A stretch of 63,607 nt of DNA, counting the filler, from Candidatus Ancaeobacter aquaticus (GTDB lineage: Bacteria; Auribacterota; Ancaeobacteria; Ancaeobacterales; Ancaeobacteraceae): assembly GCA_030765405.1 (NCBI GenBank). It is 7 parts of 7 records of this genome, joined end to end, with 100 filler letters (N's around TTAATTAATTAA, not from the genome) between each part and the next. Parts side by side here need not be neighbours in the genome. Positions count along the whole stretch, not along the records: positions 33,111 to 54,405 come from JAVCCP010000002.1; positions 54,506 to 58,009 come from JAVCCP010000035.1; positions 58,110 to 63,607 come from JAVCCP010000014.1; 4 more parts are not named here. One strand, 5' to 3'. Positions 54,190 through 62,443 of this stretch are shown here, in pieces (the stretch's first letter is position 1; the number at the start of each line of letters is the position of its first letter). The notes below the pieces were generated by a model. The model did no database searches. It was not told the origin of the DNA and saw nothing but the letters and a program-made list of their open reading frames with translations. Both the position numbers and the translations under genes were made by a program.

Positions 54190-54405
54190 GGGGCTCCCCA
54201 ATGTCAAGACCAGTTTTTAAGTAAGTTAAGATATAATAGTAGTAGTGGTTTCTCTTTCTTTTTTTGCTTCTTTTTTTCGTAACTACTCAGGTACCCACCC
54301 ATACGGTAAATCTGCGGATATCTTTTTTAGCTGGATTCATTGTCCATTAGATAGTATAGTTGGTGTATGCAATCAAATATACCGCTGCCAATTGGTGATA
54401 TCCAA

Positions 54406-54505
54406 NNNNNNNNNNNNNNNNNNNNNNNNNNNNNNNNNNNNNNNNNNNNTTAATTAATTAANNNNNNNNNNNNNNNNNNNNNNNNNNNNNNNNNNNNNNN
54501 NNNNN
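54406..54505. other. Artificial contig spacer
   Basis: N-run with TTAATTAATTAA. Confidence 0.97.
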
Positions 54506-54630
54506 AGTTTTTATGTCAATAAAATACTTCAACGTCAATACGAATTTGCTCAAACAAGGCGTTTACCACTAAAATATCGTAAATAGAATGACTTATGGTG
54601 AGCTAAAATACTTTGTTGCGGAATTGCTGA

Positions 54631-54683
54631 GTCCCCCCTGTTTTACGATTTTGGAGGATTTATCCGAGAAAATCTATGGGGGA
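54631..54683. repeat. REP-like hairpin family B
   Basis: Reverse complement matches 62211-62263 (TCCCCC.TAGATTTTCTCGG...CAAAAT.GTAAA..AGGGGGA). Confidence 0.7.
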
Positions 54684-54732
54684 GTGTCTTCTACTTTTAA
54701 AGCAGGGCTCTCTTTTTGCTCAAAAGAATCTT

Positions 54733-54767
54733 CACCGCGTCGGTGGAAAATTCCACCGACCGCGGTG
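54733..54767. repeat. REP-like palindrome family A
   Basis: CACCGCGTCGGTGGAAAATTCCACCGACCGCGGTG; related copy 58756-58790, half-site 33265-33277. Confidence 0.75.
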
Positions 54768-54864
54768 TTTGCATATTTAAAAATGGGGTGAAACCCCCTT
54801 ATTAGCTATTGACAGTAGATGCGTTATATCCTATAGATTATAGTATACATTTAATGCTAGGAGT

Positions 54865-56253
54865 ATGTTTGTGAAGTATATTGATAAAAACCGGATCAAT
54901 GACATTATAAGTAAGTCTCGTGAGGATAATGGATTAGATATAGATGTCATCCTTAATAAAAGCAGAGCTTTGAAGCGCCTCACACTTGAAGAGACCGCGG
55001 CTCTCTTGTGTGTTCGCGACGAAAAAGACCTTAAAAAGATATTTGAAGCCGCTACATATGTGAAAAACACCATATATGGTAAACGTGTGGTATTGTTTGC
55101 ACCGCTCTATATTAATAATATATGCATTAACTTTTGCCAGTATTGTGCGTTTAAGGCTGATAATCAAGTTATTAAGCGAAAGAAACTCTCTCAAGAAGAA
55201 ATATCAGCTCAAACAGTTGAACTTCTCAAAATGGGGCATAAACGCGTCCTTGTTGTTGCATCAGAATCTTCCAACGAGTCAGATATCGATTTTTACTGTC
55301 AATCCATAAAGACTATTTATGATACAAAATACCAAAATCACAACATAAGACGTATTAATATTAATTGTGCGCCACTTAATGTTCCCGCATTCCAAAAATT
55401 GAAGGCGATAGGGATTGGTACGTATCAGCTTTTTCAGGAAACATATCATGATACAACCTACATAAGAGTGCATCCTGATGGTCCTAAGAGTGATCCTGAC
55501 AACAGGCTCAATGCACTTGATCGAGCTTTTAAAGCCGGTATTGATGATGTTGGTGTTGGTGTGCTTTATGGTCTCTATGATTATGTCTATGAAACTCTTG
55601 CGCTACTTATGCACGTAGAACATCTTGAGAAGATGCATGGTGTTGGTCCTCATACTATTTCTGTTCCGCGACTTGAACCGGCGATCGGTGTTGATCTTGA
55701 GCGGTTTGAAGAGTACCGTGTCTCAGATAGTGATTTCATGAAGCTTGTTGCTGTTTTAAGATTGTCTGTTCCCTATACGGGTTTGATACTATCTACTCGT
55801 GAAACACCTGAAATGAGAGATATGTTGTTTAATCTTGGTGTATCACAAATTAGTGCGGCGTCTAAGACTTCTCCAGGCGGTTATTCCGATAATGATGAGA
55901 CACAAGAGGATACACAGTTTTGTCTCAGTGATCACCGAAGCCTAAATGATATTATCCGTGCCCTTGTTGATGATAAGATGATTCCGAGTTTTTGTACCGC
56001 ATGTTATCGGGCTGAGCGTACAGGAAAGGCATTTATGGATCTTGCAAAACCGGGTACTATAAAAGGTAAGTGTAATATTAATGCGCTTATCACTCTCAAA
56101 GAGTACCTTGATGATTTTGCGACAGATGATGTGAAAGAGACGGGATATAAGCTTATTAATGATATGATTGAATCCTATGATGAAACGACACAAAAATCGC
56201 TTAAGGGTATTATGACGAGTCTCGATAAAGGTGAACGCGATACATATATTTAA
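54865..56253 (+). CDS. hydG: [FeFe]-hydrogenase maturase HydG (radical SAM)
   Basis: CINFCQYC, FQETYH, HTISVPR, C-terminal C-x2-C-x22-C (SFCTACYR...KC). Confidence 0.92.
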   Translation: MFVKYIDKNRINDIISKSREDNGLDIDVILNKSRALKRLTLEETAALLCVRDEKDLKKIFEAATYVKNTIYGKRVVLFAPLYINNICINFCQYCAFKADNQVIKRKKLSQEEISAQTVELLKMGHKRVLVVASESSNESDIDFYCQSIKTIYDTKYQNHNIRRININCAPLNVPAFQKLKAIGIGTYQLFQETYHDTTYIRVHPDGPKSDPDNRLNALDRAFKAGIDDVGVGVLYGLYDYVYETLALLMHVEHLEKMHGVGPHTISVPRLEPAIGVDLERFEEYRVSDSDFMKLVAVLRLSVPYTGLILSTRETPEMRDMLFNLGVSQISAASKTSPGGYSDNDETQEDTQFCLSDHRSLNDIIRALVDDKMIPSFCTACYRAERTGKAFMDLAKPGTIKGKCNINALITLKEYLDDFATDDVKETGYKLINDMIESYDETTQKSLKGIMTSLDKGERDTYI

Positions 56254-56271
56254 AAAAGATTAAGGTGGCCC

Positions 56272-56688
56272 ATGAGAAAATATTTAAAGATACTGTTTAT
56301 AGTAGTGTTAATGTCGGTTTCAAGCAGTACAATTTATGCATCAAATGTTTCGGTGAAGTCAATGCCTCCCGTTGTTGTCAAAACTGTTCCTGAGTCAGGG
56401 TCTAGGGATGTTGCCCCCGGGATAATGGAGATAAAGGTAACGTTCAGTAAACCGATGCATACAAGAAATATGTGGTCTTGGGTACAGGTTACACAAAGTT
56501 CATTCCCTAAATTTGTTGGGAGAGTACGGTTTTTAGAAGATAAAAAGACGTGTGTTGCTCCGGTAAAGTTAGAACCCGGTAAAGCGTATGCAATTTGGTT
56601 TAATAATGGGAGATTTAATTCGTTTCGAGATAAAAATGATCATCCCGCTGTACCGTATCTCTTAGTATTCCAAACAAAAAGGAAGTAA
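56272..56688 (+). CDS. Secreted Ig-like (Big_5-type) domain protein
   Basis: PPVVVKTVPESG..DVAP...IKVTFSKPM...LEPGKAYAIWFN. Confidence 0.75.
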   Translation: MRKYLKILFIVVLMSVSSSTIYASNVSVKSMPPVVVKTVPESGSRDVAPGIMEIKVTFSKPMHTRNMWSWVQVTQSSFPKFVGRVRFLEDKKTCVAPVKLEPGKAYAIWFNNGRFNSFRDKNDHPAVPYLLVFQTKRK

Positions 56689-56694
56689 AGGGCA

Positions 56695-57372
56695 ATGAAA
56701 ATAATTGTAATGCTCCTAATGTGTATAGTGGTAAATATTTCTTGCTCTACGTGTCATGCAGGAGATGTTCCGAAAAGCCATCAGTCACGCGAAAGACTTG
56801 CTCGAAAGATTGTTAGTGAAATGCTCGGTGGACGTGTTGATTTTCCTTATACTGATAAACAACTCAAAAAAATATTAAAGTCATTGCCGCCATCTCGAAG
56901 TAATTCTGCACGAAAAGCATGGAGATCGTATCAATATAAAAAAGATAAACAACGTTCAGTGCAGGCAAAACAAGAAGCAAATTATCAGCAAAGGTTAGCT
57001 ATACCTCTTACCCAAAAAATGAAATTTCAACGCACTATTCAGGATGAAAAGAAAAAATGTGAACTTGCCCAGAGGAGCGTCAAGGAACTTAAAGGACAAA
57101 ACGAGCTGCTTGAAAAGAAAGTAAATGAACTTGAAACACAAAACAACACTCTTGAAAACGAGCTAAAAGCTATCCAAAAAGAAAATGCCGTTTTAGGAAG
57201 GAAATGCGTTAATGAAAGAACGTTGCGGCTTAATGCAGAAAAAGATTTTGGAAGTAAACAAAAAGGTTCCGGGATCGTTGATAAATCCGTAGATACTATA
57301 GGTGGTGTTGCTGATGTTATTGGATCGGTAATTAAAGGTGTCGTTTCTCCGGGTCAGAAACAGAAGAAGTAA
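56695..57372 (+). CDS. Secreted coiled-coil hypothetical protein
   Basis: Signal-like N-terminus; heptad-rich LKGQNELLEKKVNELE; AAGGG RBS. Confidence 0.7.
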   Translation: MKIIVMLLMCIVVNISCSTCHAGDVPKSHQSRERLARKIVSEMLGGRVDFPYTDKQLKKILKSLPPSRSNSARKAWRSYQYKKDKQRSVQAKQEANYQQRLAIPLTQKMKFQRTIQDEKKKCELAQRSVKELKGQNELLEKKVNELETQNNTLENELKAIQKENAVLGRKCVNERTLRLNAEKDFGSKQKGSGIVDKSVDTIGGVADVIGSVIKGVVSPGQKQKK

Positions 57373-57382
57373 TTGTGCTCGT

Positions 57383-57865
57383 TTATTCCGCATGGCGTTT
57401 CATGTAATATGCTTTTTCCCCACCGTATTCAATCTCTTTAACAGATTTAAACTCATGTTTTTCCCAAAAGGACTTGCTGTTTTGTACTGCTACTAATGCC
57501 TGCGTTTTATACCCCTCTTTATGTGTAAGTGAATGGAAATATTCCATAAGAACATGTGTAAGACCCTTGTTCCTGTATTCCGGATGTATTGCAAGGTCAT
57601 GGAGATACATGCAGTTTTCTTCACCGGTAGATGACATTTCTTGCTTGTTCAGCTCATGTACATGGTTTTCACATGAAGGATGCGATATTATATATCCCGC
57701 ATTCTGTCCATCATAGGTGAGGAGTTTGTTTCCCTCCGGGTAGTAGTCAAGTTTCCTTTTATAGGTGTCTCTCTCTTCCTGATACTCTTTTAAAAATGAT
57801 TGTTTTTGCATATCTAAAACATCATCAAGGTCATTGTCCTGAATTTGTTTGATTTTAATATCCAT
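57383..57865 (-). CDS. GNAT family acetyltransferase
   Basis: YLHDLAIHPEYRNKGL, LVAVQNSKSFWEKHEF. Confidence 0.9.
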   Translation of the reverse strand: MDIKIKQIQDNDLDDVLDMQKQSFLKEYQEERDTYKRKLDYYPEGNKLLTYDGQNAGYIISHPSCENHVHELNKQEMSSTGEENCMYLHDLAIHPEYRNKGLTHVLMEYFHSLTHKEGYKTQALVAVQNSKSFWEKHEFKSVKEIEYGGEKAYYMKRHAE

Positions 57866-57883
57866 AAGAAAATCTCATATTAT

Positions 57884-58009
57884 GTAACCGGTGAGCAAAA
57901 GGGGGAATTATTTGGGAGGTAAGAGTAAATAAGGATCAATATCAGGATTATGAATATAAGCTTCTAATGTTTTCTTAAGCCATTCTTCTAAGGATCCGAT
58001 CTTAAGACG
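57884..58009 (-). mobile_element. Probable right end of an IS66-like element
   Basis: Terminus GTAACCGGTGAGC (IS66 ends begin GTAA); ORF tail RLKIGSLEEWLKKTLEAYIHNPDIDPYLLLPPK* exits the gap; contig break fits a repeat. Confidence 0.5.
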
Positions 58010-58109
58010 NNNNNNNNNNNNNNNNNNNNNNNNNNNNNNNNNNNNNNNNNNNNTTAATTAATTAANNNNNNNNNNNNNNNNNNNNNNNNNNNNNNNNNNN
58101 NNNNNNNNN
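58010..58109. other. Artificial contig spacer
   Basis: N-run with TTAATTAATTAA. Confidence 0.97.
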
Positions 58110-58189
58110 ACAACCGACTAGAGTTGTGCACAATAAAACAATTAGATACAACTTCTTTGATACAAATACCCTTAACATATTATTCTCTC

Positions 58190-58609
58190 CTAAAATCGTG
58201 AGGTATGATAAGCAAAATCACGCACCTTACCATTTTCATCATACTTAATAATAATGGTTAATGTTCTTTGAGTGGTTGATACTGCTCCAGATCTACCAAT
58301 GGTTAAAAATTTTATTCCTGCAGCACTATCTGAATATACAACATCTGTGGCAACCTTATCGTATAACCATACTTCTCTTCTCTCCTCATCAGTTGAAACA
58401 ACATTTGGGGATCCTAATACCTGCGCTACATCCGCAGAACTCATTCCTATTGCAATTTTTCTTTGAACAGTCCCAACAGTGACTCTGTCACCTGAATCAT
58501 CCTGAACCTGGTTGCTTTGATAACTAGCTGATGCGCAACCCGATACAAGGAATACACACACTAGCAAGCAATGTATTAGCTTTATTTTACTTTTTCTTTC
58601 AGAACTCAT
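58190..58609 (-). CDS. SmpA/BamE-like lipoprotein
   Basis: Lipobox VSGC; GMSSADVAQVLGSPN...WLY...LTIIIKYDENGKV. Confidence 0.8.
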   Translation of the reverse strand: MSSERKSKIKLIHCLLVCVFLVSGCASASYQSNQVQDDSGDRVTVGTVQRKIAIGMSSADVAQVLGSPNVVSTDEERREVWLYDKVATDVVYSDSAAGIKFLTIGRSGAVSTTQRTLTIIIKYDENGKVRDFAYHTSRF

Positions 58610-58629
58610 TTATCCTCCTTCTGAATGTT

Positions 58630-58650
58630 AAAGGGGTCACACCTATTCAT
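58630..58650 (-). repeat. RAYT-associated element end
   Basis: AAAGGGGTCACACCTATTCAT followed by hairpins at 58659-58685 and 58714-58740. Confidence 0.75.
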
Positions 58651-58755
58651 TAACCTTAAACAAATGGTTGCAACGACCATTTGTTGTAACCACTCTTGTC
58701 ATAGCCATATTTAATAAATAGGGACAGTCCCTATTTATTATGACATCCCCACCAC

Positions 58756-58790
58756 CACCTCGGTCGGTGGGATTTTCCAACGACGCGGTG
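58756..58790. repeat. REP-like palindrome family A
   Basis: Reverse complement CACCGCGTCGTTGGAAAATCCCACCGACCGAGGTG matches 54733-54767. Confidence 0.7.
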
Positions 58791-58823
58791 AATGTTTCCA
58801 ATCTAAAAATCAGTGTGTGCTTT

Positions 58824-59594
58824 CTAAGATCGCCTTTGTTTTCTTACCCACCCGATAATCAACCCAAAAAGCCCTATACCAAACAGCGCGTATGTTGACG
58901 GTTCGGGGACACCGACAATGATATTGTCAATGCTTACAGTATTCCCGCCTGCTGGGAATGGACTATTCATAAATTCAATCTGCCCTAGAGTTGAGACAGT
59001 AAAATCGTAACCTTCAAATTTGACACCGTTATAAAGAGCATATGTTGTCCCTGGTTTCGAAACTTGCACTGAATATGTCCCGTTAAACCCAAGTGAAACA
59101 TTTGTAATCATTATAGTATAAGTCACATCATCTACAACCGGTGCTCCGCCAAGCAAATCCTGTCCCACTGCAACATCTTCAAATGCAATCAGTGAATGAG
59201 TAGCACCATCATTATAAAACGCGATACTAGGCCCCATATCACCTACAATCTCAGCAAAAGTTACGATACCGTTTCGACCGATGTCTCCATTCCAGGCATT
59301 AACATTTAACTGAAATGTGATATCTTCACCAGTGTAGCCTGAAAAAGTTCTATGGGCAGAGGAAGTAGGCACTGCAATCTGTCCCATTTTTGAACCGGCA
59401 ACAGTTTGGCATATAAAGTTATTCGGTAGGGCATCAGTCCAAGCAATATCCCAGCCACTACCCCCAGTTGCGCCGTTCAAATCCTCGGGAGGACTATCTG
59501 TATAGCTTTGAAAATCCTCGGTGACATAAATAGCATAACTCGTAGATATACTCGTAAAGAAAATAGCTATTACTAAAACAAATATCTTCTTCAT
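58824..59594 (-). CDS. PEP-CTERM surface protein
   Basis: Signal peptide MKKIFVLV...SYA; complete VPEPSTYALFGIGLFGLIIGWVRKQRRS; start at ATG 59594. Confidence 0.92.
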   Translation of the reverse strand: MKKIFVLVIAIFFTSISTSYAIYVTEDFQSYTDSPPEDLNGATGGSGWDIAWTDALPNNFICQTVAGSKMGQIAVPTSSAHRTFSGYTGEDITFQLNVNAWNGDIGRNGIVTFAEIVGDMGPSIAFYNDGATHSLIAFEDVAVGQDLLGGAPVVDDVTYTIMITNVSLGFNGTYSVQVSKPGTTYALYNGVKFEGYDFTVSTLGQIEFMNSPFPAGGNTVSIDNIIVGVPEPSTYALFGIGLFGLIIGWVRKQRRS

Positions 59595-59646
59595 GTAGCC
59601 CCCTAAATCTCCCCCACCACACCACCGCAGTCGGAGTAGTGTTACT

Positions 59647-59682
59647 CCGCGTAGGTGGCACAAAGTGACTCCTACGCGGTGG
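59647..59682 (-). repeat. Conserved hairpin upstream of PEP-CTERM gene
   Basis: Matches 53058-53093, same orientation relative to the downstream gene. Confidence 0.75.
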
Positions 59683-59865
59683 AACATGGTTAGCACTCCC
59701 ACCGCTGCGGTGAGAACACTCTCTATAATACCTCTTATTTACTTCTATGCACCTAATTTCTTCTTTCGCTTTACCTCAACGCTTTATTTAAACTCCAGTC
59801 ATACGGAAAATACTTAATCTAAACAAATGGTTGCAGCAACCGTTTGCGTATAGATGTTAAAGTGT

Positions 59866-60081
59866 AAAGGGGTCACACCTATTTAATTCCTATTCATTCG
59901 CCTGCTTTCTTTGCCCTCCACGTATCCTAACATTAAAATCTACCTTGAATTTCTCTTTAATTTCATCTAAAAAATTAGTGCTCCCAATGGCTTTTTGTTG
60001 CTGGACAATAGTTCTTATATAATCGAGCTTGTTCTTGTCGTCGGCATCCTTTTCGTGTCTATGAATAGGTGTGACCCCTTT
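59866..60081. mobile_element. 216-bp mini-element: RAYT/Y1-transposase C-terminal remnant between 18-bp inverted repeats
   Basis: AAAGGGGTCACACCTATT ... AATAGGTGTGACCCCTTT; minus frame LDYIRTIVQQQKAIGSTNFLDEIKEKFKVDFNVRIRGGQRK resembles the GS..F...I....RGRP tail of RAYTs. Confidence 0.7.
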
Positions 60082-60119
60082 ATTTTAAAATTCACAATTC
60101 AACGGCGTGTTGCCCGTTT

Positions 60120-61430
60120 TCATTCCTCATCGAAACTTCTCATCATATAATCAAGAACATCCGTATTTACCGCCATCCGGCCCTTACGGGACGTTAACAA
60201 CGGCTCATATCTCCTGTTGAGTTTAATCGCCTTTGAGAACATTGAAATTGATTCTGTCTCATTCCCAAGTTTCCAGTAAATCAGGCCTCTCATAAAACAC
60301 AAAGAAGCAGAATTGGGGGTGATTCTGTACTGTTTGTTTATCTCTGCCAACGCTTTTTTGATATTGCCTTTCCGGTAATAAGCCATTCCAAGGCAATAAT
60401 TGGCGTTCTCTACGCCCCACCCTTTATTCATAGCCTTATTGGCATATGTTATTGCCATATTAAAACGTCCCTCATCTAGGTACATCCATCCCAGACTCAC
60501 AAGCGTACTAGCGCTCCATTTGTCTTCGGGCTTCGCATACTTCGTTTGTATATATCTTCGCCATGACTTTTTTAGTGCCTGTATCGTTCTATAGTCAGAA
60601 TGAAACGCTAAAATCAATCTACGTTCGGCATTTTTTACATTTTGATTTGAAGTTGTAATATAATTCCTTAATTTAACCGGTCCGTGCGGAACCCTGGCAA
60701 GAAAAGCAACCAGGCAATACGACTGCGCGTAAAATAAGATCTTTTTTTGCGGATACCCGCTAAAACCTATTAATTGCCGGACAGGATAAGCAAGGCCTTT
60801 TACCATTGCCGCATATGTCAGTTCCTTGTATTTATTCTTTTTTTGGTTCGACGCTGATATAAATTCCGCCATCCCCTCATTGACCCACAAAGGGACCCTG
60901 CTTTCAGTTTCTTTCATACTCCAGTATTCCTCATTCGCCAGATCGGAGATCAATAAATGAACGATTTCATGTGAAATCACACTCTTAGTCAGATCTTTAC
61001 CCGCAAATGATACTATCAACCTTGCCTTTTTACCTTTAAACAACAGTTGAGTTGCAGCAGCCAGACTTCCTTCTTGTAAAAATTCTTTCTCGTAATCCAT
61101 CTTGCTTGGATATATCTTGATAATTGCCGGTGTTCCCCAGTGACGCGTACAATTAAAAAATCTATAAACCTTCTTTCTTTCTCCCTCCGCGATCTTATTA
61201 ATATTTTTTGCAAGTCCGCGTGTGGGAGCATAAACAGTAAACTGATGGCGGGTATCCGTATATGAATATAGGCCTTTGTTTGAAAAAAGTTTTGAATATC
61301 TCTGCTTTCTTTTAAAAGGCCTGCCAAGCGTCGTTGCCGATATATCCGAAACAAGAAAGAAGAATACCGTCAATAACATTGCGGAAAGGATAAAAAAGCG
61401 ACTTTTAACACATCCACTGAGCATAAGCAT
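60120..61430 (-). CDS. Peptidase MA-like (gluzincin) domain + TPR protein
   Basis: SHEIVHLL...PLWVNEGMAEF...YAQSY; C-terminal TPRs; N-terminal hydrophobic segment. Confidence 0.8.
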   Translation of the reverse strand: MLMLSGCVKSRFFILSAMLLTVFFFLVSDISATTLGRPFKRKQRYSKLFSNKGLYSYTDTRHQFTVYAPTRGLAKNINKIAEGERKKVYRFFNCTRHWGTPAIIKIYPSKMDYEKEFLQEGSLAAATQLLFKGKKARLIVSFAGKDLTKSVISHEIVHLLISDLANEEYWSMKETESRVPLWVNEGMAEFISASNQKKNKYKELTYAAMVKGLAYPVRQLIGFSGYPQKKILFYAQSYCLVAFLARVPHGPVKLRNYITTSNQNVKNAERRLILAFHSDYRTIQALKKSWRRYIQTKYAKPEDKWSASTLVSLGWMYLDEGRFNMAITYANKAMNKGWGVENANYCLGMAYYRKGNIKKALAEINKQYRITPNSASLCFMRGLIYWKLGNETESISMFSKAIKLNRRYEPLLTSRKGRMAVNTDVLDYMMRSFDEE

Positions 61431-61432
61431 CT

Positions 61433-61999
61433 CTACCGATTCTTTTTCATATATTTCTTCTCAGGAAAATAAAAATCATCAATATTATTTCCCCTGGGCA
61501 TAACTACAGCGCTTATCCCGCCTTTATTATTCCCAAGAACCGCCAGATAATATTTAAAAATAACGGAATTTGGATATACAAACTGTATTGTATGTGTCCT
61601 CTTGCCTTTAAACGAACTTCCTCCCGAAGAGTTCTTGCTTCCTGAAACCGTCAGGACAAGATATTTAGTAAGTTTTATTACCTGCTTTTTATTCCTATCG
61701 TACAAATAACAAGATAGATATGGCAAATTAACCATGCCGCGTTTATTTATTCTGAATTTCACATTTATGGCCCTTACCATCCTGGTCCCCGCCCCTTTAT
61801 CAAACACGAAGTCTTTAACAACTTCTCTTCTAACGGATTGAATATCAATTATTCTTTCTGTCTTATCCACTTTACAAATCTTCTTTCCGGGTTTCCTGCC
61901 GACCTTCCGCCTTATATCATCAAGTGTCCCGGAAAAAGATTGCTGGGCAACAGCAACCACCAAAAACAGAGCTATACATGCAATAACAAACTTTCTCAT
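61433..61999 (-). CDS. Secreted basic hypothetical protein
   Basis: GGAG RBS, signal peptide, abuts the downstream gene. Confidence 0.75.
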   Translation of the reverse strand: MRKFVIACIALFLVVAVAQQSFSGTLDDIRRKVGRKPGKKICKVDKTERIIDIQSVRREVVKDFVFDKGAGTRMVRAINVKFRINKRGMVNLPYLSCYLYDRNKKQVIKLTKYLVLTVSGSKNSSGGSSFKGKRTHTIQFVYPNSVIFKYYLAVLGNNKGGISAVVMPRGNNIDDFYFPEKKYMKKNR

Positions 62000-62125
62000 A
62001 TAAATCTCCTGGATTTTATTTAACTAGGTACAAACTCCATTATATCACACTGGACTATTCAACCACTTATGTTTCACGACCGCATCTGGGGCAAGATATT
62101 TTAGATTTTTTAAAATCAGTAGAAA

Positions 62126-62146
62126 AAAGGGGTCACACCTATTCAT
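62126..62146 (-). repeat. RAYT-associated element end
   Basis: AAAGGGGTCACACCTATTCAT. Confidence 0.75.
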
Positions 62147-62210
62147 TATATTCTTGCTGCTTTCAATCCAGAAATCGCCATGCGATTTCTGGGATCGCAT
62201 TCATTATCTT

Positions 62211-62263
62211 AGTCCCCCCTAGATTTTCTCGGTCTTCGCCTTCAAAATTGTAAAGAAGGGGGA
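62211..62263. repeat. REP-like hairpin family B
   Basis: Matches reverse complement of 54631-54683. Confidence 0.7.
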
Positions 62264-62443
62264 TACTTTCCTCTACTAGGACCAAATCCTTGGAAACTTT
62301 ACATAGTTTCCTAAGGGCGGTTTACAAAAAGCGCGGGTCTTTTAGCCCGTGCTTTTTGAGCCTTAGTAGTACAGAACACTTAATTATCTCTCGTTTTTGG
62401 CCCAGGTTTCTTACGCCAAACAGAATACGCAATTTACCAAATA

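Noticed and set aside
54190..54405. Possible IS end (TGTCAAGACCAG...) before the gap
   Set aside because: No second copy or recognisable transposase frame in the window, so not called as a feature
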